Shown piece by piece: positions 1 to 9,223 of a DNA stretch of 37,619 nucleotides. Below the pieces are notes generated by a model that was not told the DNA's origin, did not search any database, and was given only the letters and a program-made list of their open reading frames with translations. This DNA comes from a virus (taxonomy: Duplodnaviria > Caudoviricetes). The translations under genes and the position numbers were made by a program. Location of the stretch: the IMG/VR virus record IMGVR_UViG_3300016484_000913, positions 1-37,619 of that record; one strand, 5' to 3'. How positions within the stretch are numbered: position 1 is the first letter of the stretch; each line of letters opens with the position of its first letter.

Positions 1-1272
1 AATGACAGCTGTGATGTCGCCGCCGCCGGCAACGATCGTCTGCCACGCCGCGGCACTCGGGCCGGTGGCTACGAGGGCCTGTCCCGCGCTGGGCGCTGCC
101 GCGGTCGAGACGCTGACCACGGTGGTCGCCGTGCGAATACCACTTGCAGTGCGGTCATCCGAGAGCCTGGAATCGTTGCCCTGAGCGCTCGTTCCTGCAG
201 CGGTGCCATAGACCACGCTGAGCGTCGCGTCGCCGCTCGTAGCGCCACCGCTGAGGCCGGTACCTGCCGTAACCGAGGTGATGTCGCCGGTCGGGATGGG
301 AGCGGAGACGACGGTCGCGCCGGACCGCACGAGCATTTGCCCGTCCGCGATCGTGCCGACACTCAGATTTCCACCGGTCGCCGCGATCACGTTCGCGCGC
401 TGGGCGTCGGCGAGCACGCCGCTGAGACCTGAGACGTTGAGCTCGTCCGGCCCGCCGTCTACGTGCGACAAAGCGTGAGCCGTCGGCGCGCGCGCGTCGG
501 TGTACGCAGCATCGTTGCCGCGGCGCGTCTGGTTCACCCCGGTGCCGAAGTCGACCGCGAGCGTGACTGAGCCCGTCGCGCCACCGCCGGTCAGACCAGC
601 CCCCGCGCTTACGTCGGTGATGTCGCCTGGCGCAGTAATCCACTGCGTGTCGCGGTCCGCGTTCGAAGCCTTGGCGAGAATCTGCCCGGTGCCGCCGCCG
701 GTCGGGATAGCCGCAAGCGCCGCGGCCGCGGTGCTCTGCGCGGTGCTAGCCGCTGTTTGAGCGTTGCTGGCCGTCGTCTGCGCGGTGCTAGCGTTCGCGA
801 GTGCGGTATCAGCCGTGGCTTGCGCGGCAGCGGCATCGAGCGTGGCGGCGTCGGCCGTGCTCTGGGCCGTTGCCGCGGCGGAGGCTGCCCCTGCCGCCGT
901 GCTCTGCGCGGTCGCTGCTGCCGATGCGGCTGACGCGATCGAGACGTCGTGGGCGGCGTCGGCGGCCTGCAAGGCGGCGATGTCCGCCGCCGTCGCCTCG
1001 AACACCACCCATGCGCTGCCGTCCCAGCGACGCGGTAGGTTGGCACTCCGATCGTAGACCGTTCGCCCTTCCGTTGGCGTCTGGTACTCCCACGCGGCTG
1101 CGGCGTTGCGGCGCGCGATCTGACCAGCGCGCCCAGACCATGCGCCGGTTGGCGACGCACCGATCAGGTAGCAATCGTTGAGCACTGGCGTCGACGGCGG
1201 AGCGCTCGCGACGCTCAGGACGGAGAACGGCCAGTCCAACAGTGGGACGGTGATGAGATCGATTTTTGCCAT
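1..1272 (-). CDS. Tail fibre-like protein 3 (N-terminal DUF2793-like domain, Ala-rich AQSTA coiled coil, Gly/Thr repeats); runs off left edge
   Basis: Not in ORF track. Manual translation from ATG at 1272 gives MAKIDLITVPLLDWPFSVLSVASAPPSTPVLNDCYLIGASPTGAWSG...WEYQTPTEGRTVY...RWDGSAW, open to position 1, and shares GDITxVxAGxGL(T/S)GG and GNDxRLSDDRTASGIRTA repeats with the next gene. Confidence 0.85.
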   Translation of the reverse strand, partial: MAKIDLITVPLLDWPFSVLSVASAPPSTPVLNDCYLIGASPTGAWSGRAGQIARRNAAAAWEYQTPTEGRTVYDRSANLPRRWDGSAWVVFEATAADIAALQAADAAHDVSIASAASAAATAQSTAAGAASAAATAQSTADAATLDAAAAQATADTALANASTAQTTASNAQTAASTAQSTAAAALAAIPTGGGTGQILAKASNADRDTQWITAPGDITDVSAGAGLTGGGATGSVTLAVDFGTGVNQTRRGNDAAYTDARAPTAHALSHVDGGPDELNVSGLSGVLADAQRANVIAATGGNLSVGTIADGQMLVRSGATVVSAPIPTGDITSVTAGTGLSGGATSGDATLSVVYGTAAGTSAQGNDSRLSDDRTASGIRTATTVVSVSTAAAPSAGQALVATGPSAAAWQTIVAGGGDITAVI

Positions 1273-1275
1273 CTG

Positions 1276-3069
1276 TTAGGTCAGTGATACGAATGCGTAT
1301 GGCGCGATGGCCGAGGCGTTCTGTGCCGCGGTGGGCAGCCCCAGGCTGTATGTGCTCGACACCGCAAACGACGACGCTTGTGTCCCGAGCATCACGAAGC
1401 CGAAGAAGCTTTCGCCGTGGTGCCACGGGTTGAACGTGACGCCGGCCGGCGTGCGCACTCCGTACCAAAGATGAGTGCCAGCCGTCGCCGACGCTGTAAA
1501 TGCCGAAGCATTGCGCTTTACGCCAACGCTGGTCGTAAGAGCGTTTAGGGCGTTCGTGGCGGCGATGCACGTCAGCGTGGAGGCTGCGTTTGGCGGAGCG
1601 GTCGGCGACGTGAACAGGCCGAGCTCAACAGCGACCGACGAGCCGGTGGCTGTGGCCACGTAGATGTTCAGATACGCAGGGACAAATGTTGCAGCTACTT
1701 CGCCGATGTACACGTAGTAAGTGCTGTTGGCGCCGCTCGCTGAGTTGCCGACGGTGAACGGAACTGGCGATGCGATTCGCATCGGCGAGGGCTTGATGTA
1801 CAGGTTTCCTGCGGCAATCGACTGCCACTCTGCCGCAGTCGGACTCGTCGCCACCAGCGCTTGCCCAGCGCTCGGAGCGGCAGCAGTGGACACCGCGACG
1901 ATCCCGGATGCAGTGCGAATCCCCGACGCGGTGCGGTCGTTGGTGTGCACGGCGTCGTTGCCAGGCCGCACTTGTGTCGCGCCGGTGCCGAAGTCGACGG
2001 CCAGCGTAACAGGGCCGCTCAAGCCGCCGCCCGTGAGGCCAGCTCCGGCTGTGACCGAATCGATGTCGCCGCCACCGCCGCCACCGCTGCTTGGTGTCTG
2101 CCACGACGCCGCGCTCGGGCCGGTCGCGGTGAGCACCTGCCCAGCGGTGGGCGCGGTCGCTGTGCTGATGGCGACGGTGGTCGTGGCCGTGCGCAGCGAG
2201 CTAGCGATCCGGTCGTCGGACAGTCGGGCGTCGTCACCGGCTGCCAGGGTGCCGGCTGTCGTCCCCACGTTCGCGCTAAGCGTTACCGCGCCGGATGTGC
2301 CGCCGCCAGTGAGCCCCGCGCCAGCGGTAACCGCGGTGATGTCGCCTGCTGCTGGGTCTGTCCAGTGCGCCCCCGTCGGGCCGGTAGCTGTCAGCACCTG
2401 CCCGGTTGTGGGTGCGGTGGCGGTGGACACCGCGACGATGCCGCTCGCGGTCCGAATGCCGCTCGCGGTTCGGTCGTCTGCGAGGCGCGCATCGTTGCCT
2501 TCGCAGGCGGTGCCAGCGGTGGTGCCGAAGACGTTGTGCGGAATGGCTGCGCCTACCAACTGCGTTCCGCTCCGCACGAGCATGTGGCCGTCGGTCACAG
2601 TGCCAATCGACAGCTGTGTCGCGCCGCTGTGGACGGCTGTCACGGTCGGATTCGGGTACGTGGCGCCAAGATCTCCGCCAGCTGCGCCTGTCGGCGCCCC
2701 GCTGCTTGGCGATTGCCACGTGGCGTCACCGTTGGCGTTGCTCGCCTTCGCGAGCACTTGCCCCGTTGTGCCGCCCGTCGGCAGTGCCCCAGCGGCGTCG
2801 GCAGCCCATGTCGAGCCGTCCCATTGCCGCCACGCCGTCAGTGCTGAGACGTAGATTCGCCGGCCAGTAAATGGCGGCTGGTAGTGCCAGCCTAGATCTG
2901 CGCCGAACCACGCGACGGCGTTTGCATGTCCCGCCCACGAGCCCGTGGGTGACGTGCCGACGACGTGGCATGTGCCAACGGCAGGCGAGCCCGGCGGCGT
3001 GTTCGTGATCGACGAGCACGACGCGGGCCACGGACTGTTGGGAACGTCGATGAGCTCGATATCGGGCAT
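1276..3069 (-). CDS. Tail fibre-like protein 2 (DUF2793-like N-terminus, three internal repeats, C-terminal beta-rich head)
   Basis: TNTPPGSPAVG...SPTGSWAGHANAVAW...WHYQPP...WRQWDGSTW anchor, repeated shaft units, position at the distal end of the tail operon. Confidence 0.85.
   Translation of the reverse strand: MPDIELIDVPNSPWPASCSSITNTPPGSPAVGTCHVVGTSPTGSWAGHANAVAWFGADLGWHYQPPFTGRRIYVSALTAWRQWDGSTWAADAAGALPTGGTTGQVLAKASNANGDATWQSPSSGAPTGAAGGDLGATYPNPTVTAVHSGATQLSIGTVTDGHMLVRSGTQLVGAAIPHNVFGTTAGTACEGNDARLADDRTASGIRTASGIVAVSTATAPTTGQVLTATGPTGAHWTDPAAGDITAVTAGAGLTGGGTSGAVTLSANVGTTAGTLAAGDDARLSDDRIASSLRTATTTVAISTATAPTAGQVLTATGPSAASWQTPSSGGGGGGDIDSVTAGAGLTGGGLSGPVTLAVDFGTGATQVRPGNDAVHTNDRTASGIRTASGIVAVSTAAAPSAGQALVATSPTAAEWQSIAAGNLYIKPSPMRIASPVPFTVGNSASGANSTYYVYIGEVAATFVPAYLNIYVATATGSSVAVELGLFTSPTAPPNAASTLTCIAATNALNALTTSVGVKRNASAFTASATAGTHLWYGVRTPAGVTFNPWHHGESFFGFVMLGTQASSFAVSSTYSLGLPTAAQNASAIAPYAFVSLT
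1830..2530 (-). repeat. Three tandem intragenic fibre-shaft repeats (G(N/D)DA..DR(T/I)AS..RTA....A(V/I)STA.AP..GQ.L.AT.P....W)
   Basis: Visible three times in the 597-aa translation; a further copy lies in fibre 3 near 40-200. Confidence 0.85.
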
Positions 3070-3072
3070 GGG

Positions 3073-4314
3073 CTACGAGAAGTCCGCGCGAAGAAGAGGG
3101 CAGCAGAAGCCGGTGCTGGCCGCCGGTGAAATCGTGGTCGCGGCGTAGGTCGAGCTGACCGCAAACGCCGGACTGCTCGTGAGCCGGAGCGCTGTCCCGG
3201 TGACATGATCAGCGCCGACCCATCCGTGGATCGCTAAGGTCGCTGTCGCCCGGATGCCGTACCAAAGCTCAGTCCCAGCAGGGATCGTCGTCGCAAACGC
3301 AGTCGCATTCGACTTCACGCCCGATGTCGCCGCGACACCCGTGATGGTTGCAGCATCGATGCACGTGAGGGTCTGCCCAGACCTGTTAGGCGGTGATGGC
3401 GACGAAAAGAGCCCGATCCCGGCATCAACGCCAGCTGAAACAGTGTTCACGTAAAAGTACAGATGCGATGGCGTAAGCGGGACTGCGGTACGGCCGAGGT
3501 AGACGAAGTACGCCGTCGACGCAGTCATGTTGGCGGCCGACGACGTCTCAATCGACAACGTGGCCGGAGACAGGATGTGATTGTGCGTGACCAGCCCGGC
3601 GCTCGCCGCGCCGACGCTCGACCACGCGACCGCGTAGTCAACGCCGGACGTCTTTGTCAGCGCCTGGCCAACTGTCCCACCAGCTGGGATCCCAGGCAGA
3701 GGAGCTGTCCACCCGTAAGGATCTCCTGCACCGACCGTGCGCGTAAGCACGTCGCCAACAGCACCGCCGAATGGCGCCGCGCGAATGGTGCCAACACCTC
3801 CCCATTGCAGCGGAATGCTGGCTGCGCCCGTCGCCAGGTAGTGGGCGCCGTTGTCGCGTGTGATGTAGACGTCGCCTACTTCGTAACCACCGGTTCCAAC
3901 CTGCTCGAAGTTGTCGACGAACCAGATCTTTGAGTTGCGGTTGCCGAGATCGACTGTGTACCAGGAAGCGTCACCGTCGGCGTTCGAAGCCTTGCGCAGC
4001 CATTGGCCAGTGGTGCCCCCAGCCGGTAGAGCTCCGCCAACGTCTGCGATCCAGGCGGATCCGTCCCACTGTCTCCAAGCGCTTAGAGACGTGACGAACA
4101 TTCGGCGGCCGACGAACGGTGTCTGGTAGTGCCACTGGGAATCCGGACCCATCCACGCGACGCGGTTGGCGTGCGCTGTCCAGACCCCAGTCGGGCTAGC
4201 GCCGATCACGTAGGTTGCGCCGCTCAACGTGGAGAGCGGCGGCGTGTTTGTGATCTCAACACAGGACGCCGGCCAGTCGAGATTGGGGACGTCTATGAGT
4301 TCAATGTCAGGCAT
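3073..4314 (-). CDS. Tail fibre-like protein 1 (DUF2793-like N-terminus, head homologous to fibre 2)
   Basis: Start reassigned to ATG 4314 (MPDIELIDVPN, identical to fibre 2). C-terminal YFVYLG..GLFSSP..TLTCI..GVKSN..LWYGIR matches the fibre 2 head. Confidence 0.85.
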   Translation of the reverse strand: MPDIELIDVPNLDWPASCVEITNTPPLSTLSGATYVIGASPTGVWTAHANRVAWMGPDSQWHYQTPFVGRRMFVTSLSAWRQWDGSAWIADVGGALPAGGTTGQWLRKASNADGDASWYTVDLGNRNSKIWFVDNFEQVGTGGYEVGDVYITRDNGAHYLATGAASIPLQWGGVGTIRAAPFGGAVGDVLTRTVGAGDPYGWTAPLPGIPAGGTVGQALTKTSGVDYAVAWSSVGAASAGLVTHNHILSPATLSIETSSAANMTASTAYFVYLGRTAVPLTPSHLYFYVNTVSAGVDAGIGLFSSPSPPNRSGQTLTCIDAATITGVAATSGVKSNATAFATTIPAGTELWYGIRATATLAIHGWVGADHVTGTALRLTSSPAFAVSSTYAATTISPAASTGFCCPLLRADFS

Positions 4315-4325
4315 GTGAGCGGCGT

Positions 4326-4784
4326 TCAGTCGTCTCGGTCTGGGCGCCACACAGCGAGGCGCGAAAGGCGCAGTGCTTCGGCGGGATTGGCGCCGTGCTC
4401 AGCGAGTCGGCGCTCGAACTCGCGCGCGTAGAATCGGCGAGCTCGCTCGATGTACTCCGCTCGCCGCGGACTCTTCGCGTACGCGCGGTCGACCTCTGCC
4501 TGCGCGTGGAGCTCGATCAGCGTCTTCGCCATTTCAAGCGCGAGCGCCTGGAGAGCAAGGATCTCGCCGTGGTTCGTGTGGCCCTGGGACTGGGCCTCTT
4601 TGGCCACCAGCGTCACGTCGACGAGGAGCGGGCGCACCTCATCGACAGACGTTCTCGACCGGATCCAACCCCAGGTAGTGGTAGCTGCTGTGGCGGCGGC
4701 GGTGAGAACCACCGGAACGAGCAGCTTGCCGATCGCAGTCGCTCGACGCACCGTGCTTGCCGGTACGCGGATTGACTCCGACAT
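4326..4784 (-). CDS. Membrane-anchored coiled-coil protein in lysis cluster (i-spanin/holin-like candidate)
   Basis: N-terminal hydrophobic segment (IGKLLVPVVLTAAATAATTTWGW) followed by a helical region. Start near the upstream stop (4784 ATG or 4790 GTG). Confidence 0.5.
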   Translation of the reverse strand: MSESIRVPASTVRRATAIGKLLVPVVLTAAATAATTTWGWIRSRTSVDEVRPLLVDVTLVAKEAQSQGHTNHGEILALQALALEMAKTLIELHAQAEVDRAYAKSPRRAEYIERARRFYAREFERRLAEHGANPAEALRLSRLAVWRPDRDD

Positions 4785-4786
4785 GC

Positions 4787-5317
4787 TCACGAGATCCATC
4801 GATAGCCAAGCAGTGCGGCCCGCGGATATCGCGCGATCGTAGGCGCTGGCGTGTGATGGTCGCCGCCGAGGCAGTAGTCCCACGTGGCGGTGCCGCCGAC
4901 CCAAAACCCGCAGCGTGCGGCGAGAGACTTGGGGTCGTCGACCCAGTACACAGCTGGGGCGCCGTATCGAGGCTGCTGGAGTTCCTTGCCCCAGCGGAGC
5001 CACGTGCGACCGGAGACGTGACGCGTCGATAGGACGCCGGCCTGCTCCATGCACCAGCACATGAATGCGCTTCCCCAGCGCGGCACCTCGCCGTAGGACT
5101 CAGCCGACAGCGCGATCTGACACGCGGAGAAGTACGCACCGAGTCGAGCCTGGTCGATCTGACCAGCGATCGTGCGACGGTGCTCTGTGTATGCGATCCA
5201 GGCCCAGAGCGGTGCGTCGTGCGGCGGTGTTCGCGCCGCGGGTAGCAGGGCTGGAGTGGTCCCAGTGTCGAAGCCGGGGTTATCCTCCGGCGTCCTTGGG
5301 TGGGTCTTGTCCGTCAC
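4787..5317 (-). CDS. TIGR02594/NlpC-P60-like cell-wall hydrolase homologue with altered catalytic residues
   Basis: W.SAFMCWCMEQAG, RTWLRWG...P.YG, GF.VG, LGG, YP...LLGYRW pattern. GTG 5317 is preceded by GGAGG. Confidence 0.7.
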   Translation of the reverse strand: MTDKTHPRTPEDNPGFDTGTTPALLPAARTPPHDAPLWAWIAYTEHRRTIAGQIDQARLGAYFSACQIALSAESYGEVPRWGSAFMCWCMEQAGVLSTRHVSGRTWLRWGKELQQPRYGAPAVYWVDDPKSLAARCGFWVGGTATWDYCLGGDHHTPAPTIARYPRAALLGYRWIS

Positions 5318-5486
5318 GTTGTTTCGCCTCCCGAGCTGCTCGCGCGCGCGCAACAACCGCGTCGATCGACAGCCTGTCGAGGGCGGGGTCAAGAGTGAGC
5401 CGTTGCCGCGCCGCGCGCTTGGCGGCGAGGCGTTTGGCGACGGCTTCCGCTGCGCGGACCGCGAGATCTATGATGGTGCTGATCAT
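5280..5486 (-). CDS. Small hypothetical protein (68 aa) in lysis cluster
   Basis: ATG 5486 overlaps the upstream stop (ATGA); MISTIIDLAVRAAEAVAKRL... Confidence 0.6.
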   Translation of the reverse strand: MISTIIDLAVRAAEAVAKRLAAKRAARQRLTLDPALDRLSIDAVVARARAAREAKQRDGQDPPKDAGG

Positions 5487-5932
5487 GGTGAGCAGTGCTT
5501 GTCGCCGGCCAGCATCCTGAGCTGGCTCGCTGTGACCGCTGCCGCGGCGTAGAACGGCACCCCTCCAGGGATCTGCCCGTAGGAGCGCCACAGGTCTTCC
5601 AAGGCCTTCACGGCGCAGGCAAAGCCGGCTTGGGCTGCGTCGCAGGAGTCGCTACCAGCGGCGAGGCACTGGGAGAGCGCGACGTTGAGCGCGAGCTCGG
5701 CGTGACGCCCGGCGTCCAAAGCTCTGGCAACACCATTGTACGGCTTGAGCGCTGCCTCGTAGTCCGCGTCAGCCCGGCCCATGTGCTCGGCACTGACGGC
5801 GCCGTAGAGCGGAGCGAATGCATCGGAGGCGTCGACCAAGACGCGGCGGTAGACGTTGTGCGCCGTGACAGCTTCATCGATCGGCACATGCGAGCACGCC
5901 GTCAGCAGCGCGAGTGCAGCTAGACGCGTCAT
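5483..5932 (-). CDS. Lipoprotein after endolysin (spanin-like candidate)
   Basis: ATG 5932 overlaps the endolysin stop; MTRLAALALLTA-C signal with lipobox. Confidence 0.7.
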   Translation of the reverse strand: MTRLAALALLTACSHVPIDEAVTAHNVYRRVLVDASDAFAPLYGAVSAEHMGRADADYEAALKPYNGVARALDAGRHAELALNVALSQCLAAGSDSCDAAQAGFACAVKALEDLWRSYGQIPGGVPFYAAAAVTASQLRMLAGDKHCSP

Positions 5933-6471
5933 CGTGATCCGACCTCGAAGTGCATGCCGTCGGGATGCGACCAGAATCCGCCCCAGACAAATCCGACTTC
6001 GAGCGCGATCGGTACAAGATCGATGACTGCGCCATCTGCGCCGCGGACGGCCGGGCGCACGCCGAAGCCATTCCATCGGGCATTGACGTCGATGGCTGCG
6101 CCGAAGCTGTGCGTGCTGAGTTTGCTGGTGTCGAGCGCCTTTTCCTGGCCGCGCTTCATGCGGCAGACGTGTGCGCCGTCGAACGTCTTGAGCAACGGCA
6201 ACAGCCCAGCGTTGTCCCAGCGTCCGAATAGCTCGACGAACTTGCTTGCAACAGCGCGGTGGACGGTTAGCGGACGCTCGTTGCCGTACTTAGGGGTCTT
6301 GACCGGCCACGGCACGAGGACAGTGACGAGGTTCTGCCGCTCCCACGCTTTGTCAGGCACCAAGCGGCCCGTCTTCGCGTCGAGGCGTGCCGGTACACCG
6401 TACACCGCCAAGCGCTCGGCGTGAGTCATCAACCGCGGTCTGAGGCGCGGAATGGGTGGGGGTGCTGCCAT
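5929..6471 (-). CDS. Endolysin, peptidase M15 family
   Basis: STHSFGAAIDVN (SxHxxGxAxD), GFVWGGFW, DGMHFE motifs. Confidence 0.9.
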   Translation of the reverse strand: MAAPPPIPRLRPRLMTHAERLAVYGVPARLDAKTGRLVPDKAWERQNLVTVLVPWPVKTPKYGNERPLTVHRAVASKFVELFGRWDNAGLLPLLKTFDGAHVCRMKRGQEKALDTSKLSTHSFGAAIDVNARWNGFGVRPAVRGADGAVIDLVPIALEVGFVWGGFWSHPDGMHFEVGSR

Positions 6472-6482
6472 GGCGCCGTGGC

Positions 6483-7040
6483 CTATTCGGTCGGGTTGAG
6501 CACGTCATTGCCGGCATGGCCGACGCGCTGCGCGTTCAGGATGACGTAACTGCTCGCGGTCTCGGGGGTGCCAGCGATGCGGTAGACGCGGTCAACGCTG
6601 TCCCATGTCGCGCGCACGGTCGCATTCGGGTTGAGCGTGATTGCCGAAGTGCGGATCTGCTGTGGCGTCGCGCCCGTCGTCACGATTGCGATCGCTGCTG
6701 AGCCGACGTTCGTGAGGAACTTGATCGGTCGGATGGAATCGGCGCTCGAACCGAGCCCGGTCAGTGTCACGCCGCCACCGTTGGCCGAGAGCCGAACGAG
6801 CGCGGCGGAGGCGATATCGTCTAGCGCCGGAAACCACGTGCCGCCGACCTGGGCCGTGGTCAGGGTGACCGCTGGCAGCGAGCTGCCGTCGATCGAGACA
6901 TCGGTGCGGCGTCGCGTCGGGTTGTCCGCCGCTGCCGCACCGATGAGGTTGAGCCGGCGCCTGTAGACGAGTTGCTTGGGCTCGCCGTTCTTCGAGACGT
7001 AGATCGGCCCGAGGATGTCTGGAAATGCCGTCAGGCTCAC
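6483..7040 (-). CDS. Tail-associated hypothetical protein, paralogue of 7037..7516
   Basis: GTG 7040 overlaps the upstream stop; shares NG.P, LN..G, SAA.VR, TLTGL, L.NVG, P.ATV, VD..R blocks. Confidence 0.7.
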   Translation of the reverse strand: MSLTAFPDILGPIYVSKNGEPKQLVYRRRLNLIGAAAADNPTRRRTDVSIDGSSLPAVTLTTAQVGGTWFPALDDIASAALVRLSANGGGVTLTGLGSSADSIRPIKFLTNVGSAAIAIVTTGATPQQIRTSAITLNPNATVRATWDSVDRVYRIAGTPETASSYVILNAQRVGHAGNDVLNPTE

Positions 7041-7516
7041 AGCGACACCACTCGCCAACGGCTATCGACTTCGTCGCGCACGAGCTCGACCGTTGCGCCA
7101 GGCAGCAGCAGGTAATTCGTGCCGCTCGGCGTGATGATCCGGTGTATCGCCCCGCTGCTCGTGCTCTGGTGCTGTATGGTGACAGTGAATGTGCCGACGT
7201 TGACGAGCATTGGGCGCGGGTACTGGTTCGCCTGGAACGAGAGCCCGGTCAGCGTTGTGACCGCGGTCGCGTTGACGCGAACTACCGCGGCGCTGCCGAT
7301 GCCGGACGGAGCGAGGTCGTTGACGGTGCCGCTGACGAGCGTCGTGATCGTGGTGCCCGCGATGCTCGATACGGTGACGTTTGTCGCGCCGACGATCGGA
7401 TCGTCCTCGATCACAACGGACGTGCCCACGAAGTTCAGCAGCGCGCGACGCTTGACCGGAGGGTCGCCGTTGACGCTGAGGTCGTGGATGCCGATCAGGT
7501 CGTCGAGGAATGGCAT
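7037..7516 (-). CDS. Tail-associated hypothetical protein (beta-rich)
   Basis: Tightly coupled in the tail operon; paralogue of the downstream gene. Confidence 0.75.
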   Translation of the reverse strand: MPFLDDLIGIHDLSVNGDPPVKRRALLNFVGTSVVIEDDPIVGATNVTVSSIAGTTITTLVSGTVNDLAPSGIGSAAVVRVNATAVTTLTGLSFQANQYPRPMLVNVGTFTVTIQHQSTSSGAIHRIITPSGTNYLLLPGATVELVRDEVDSRWRVVSL

Positions 7517-7519
7517 GGG

Positions 7520-8527
7520 CTAGATGTTCCTCGGGCCGGGATCGAGCCAGTCGATGCGGATGGCGTCGACGACGTTGGTGTTGTGCGGCACCCAGCGCAG
7601 CAATAGGCAGTCTGACTCCTGTACCGAGATGCCGGATCCGAGCGGTAAGAGAAACACCGTTAGGCCGGACGTGACGCTGCTGGCTGTGGCAGTGGACAGT
7701 ATGGCCTCGGCCGCCGCGGTGTTGCCCGTGAAGAGGTCGAACGAGCCCGGGCTGCGGCGAATCAGCTGGAAACTGTCGGTCGGAGTGTAGATCGATGCTT
7801 TGACTCCGATTGACAAGATCACCGCGTCCGGCGGCAGGTTTATCGGCCAGCTAATGAACCCGGTGTCGTTGGCCACGACGCGACCATTGAACCCGTCGAA
7901 CAAAACGTTATAACCAGCCGCGGAGTACAGGTTTAGATAGGTCGTCCTCGGCTTCTTGAGCGCGTAGACGTACTCGCCGAGTGTGGCGACGTTACCAACT
8001 GGCTGCCCGACTGGCACTGTACCCGGCCACTGCGTCCACGTCGCCGCGGTGCCCGCGGGTTGGATTCGCCAGGTGATGTCGCGGCCACGGTGGAGCAGCG
8101 CGAACGAGTCGCGAGTCCCGTCGCCCTGGTGCCACGCCTGATCGCCGACCGACCACCACGCGTTGTACACGATCGCCCAGTGTTCGTCGGTGGGGTCGGA
8201 CCCGGCGTACAGCGCGAGTGTCGTCGATCCGTTGGTCGGCACCTCAAGTATGCGCTTCCACTTGTTTGCGCCGTTGGCCGGATCGTCGGTCGGGTACTTC
8301 GTGCTTTTGACGAGCGGTTCCTCGCTGTTCGTCGCGTCGATCACCTGACCGCGAGAGAAGATGTTGACGAGCGCGAGTTTTGCGAACGTGTACCAGTCGT
8401 GAGCGCCCTTATCCGCGAGCGCGCGCAACGCGACGTTGACCGATTCCGCGGTCGCCGCATCGAGATCCGACGGCAGCTGATACGTCGTCGGGTCGTTGTT
8501 CGGATTCGGCGTGTAAGTTGTCGGCAT
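7520..8527 (-). CDS. Putative baseplate-proximal tail fibre/tail protein
   Basis: Follows baseplate J and I-like genes; fibre-anchor-like N-terminus (VNVALRALADK). Confidence 0.6.
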   Translation of the reverse strand: MPTTYTPNPNNDPTTYQLPSDLDAATAESVNVALRALADKGAHDWYTFAKLALVNIFSRGQVIDATNSEEPLVKSTKYPTDDPANGANKWKRILEVPTNGSTTLALYAGSDPTDEHWAIVYNAWWSVGDQAWHQGDGTRDSFALLHRGRDITWRIQPAGTAATWTQWPGTVPVGQPVGNVATLGEYVYALKKPRTTYLNLYSAAGYNVLFDGFNGRVVANDTGFISWPINLPPDAVILSIGVKASIYTPTDSFQLIRRSPGSFDLFTGNTAAAEAILSTATASSVTSGLTVFLLPLGSGISVQESDCLLLRWVPHNTNVVDAIRIDWLDPGPRNI

Positions 8528-8533
8528 GCGTGG

Positions 8534-9223
8534 TCAGCGCTCGAAGTGGTAGAGAGCAATGGGCTGCAGGTGCCCATCGCCGGGGTCGTAGTGGTTCGCG
8601 CGAGCGGCAGGGTCGCCCCATGTGCCATCAGGCTGATCCGCCGCCCATCGGGTCGCGTCCATCACGACGACCGTGATGGGGAACATGTGAGCTGGCTTCC
8701 ATTTGCGGATCAACCGCAGGAGTGTCGCAGCTTCGGGCTGCGTTGCGTCGCAGCCCCAGACGCCGTTGTTGCCCCAGTAGCGGTTGCTGGCCCAGTAGGT
8801 CGGACCCCACGAGTGGACGCTGATCACGACCCAGAACCGCGACCACCATGCCGCGTTGCCGTCCCAGTTCCAATCGTAGACCTGGTGGATCGATGCGGTG
8901 AATCCGGCGGCGGCGAGCTCGTCGACGAGGTACTGCGTGCCTGCCTGGCGCCACGATTCCCAGGCGCCCTTGACCCGCGTTTTGTACGCGGCATCGGTCT
9001 CCGCTGGATAGCGCTCGATCATGCGCTCGTGGCCGATGTATTCAAGGGCCTCGGCGGGGAAGGTCGGCGCGTCGAGTGTGCCGGCGGCGGTGGCCTCGAA
9101 GTTCGCCTCTTCGAGCGCATCGAAGACGAGCCCGATCGCCTGAACCAGCTTCTCACCCCATTCACCGCGAAGCCAAGGCGGCGCGAGGTCGAGCGCCCAC
9201 TGTCGATAGGTGCGGACTGGCAT
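8534..9223 (-). CDS. Baseplate wedge protein, P2 gpI/Mu gp48-like
   Basis: LAPPWL, ALEYIGHERMI.R...ETD..Y..R, LIRKWKPAH motifs; follows baseplate J. Confidence 0.75.
   Translation of the reverse strand: MPVRTYRQWALDLAPPWLRGEWGEKLVQAIGLVFDALEEANFEATAAGTLDAPTFPAEALEYIGHERMIERYPAETDAAYKTRVKGAWESWRQAGTQYLVDELAAAGFTASIHQVYDWNWDGNAAWWSRFWVVISVHSWGPTYWASNRYWGNNGVWGCDATQPEAATLLRLIRKWKPAHMFPITVVVMDATRWAADQPDGTWGDPAARANHYDPGDGHLQPIALYHFER

Noticed and set aside
1721-2854. Long plus-strand ORFs opposite the fibre genes (also 8060..9421, 14521..15531, 24045..24785, 26936..27853 and similar)
   Set aside because: Antisense shadows of GC-rich genes with clear phage motifs; no independent signals.
1-4314. 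Possible diversity-generating retroelement or invertible fibre cassette
   Set aside because: No reverse transcriptase, no adenine-specific TR/VR pair, no invertase, and all fibre genes have the same orientation.
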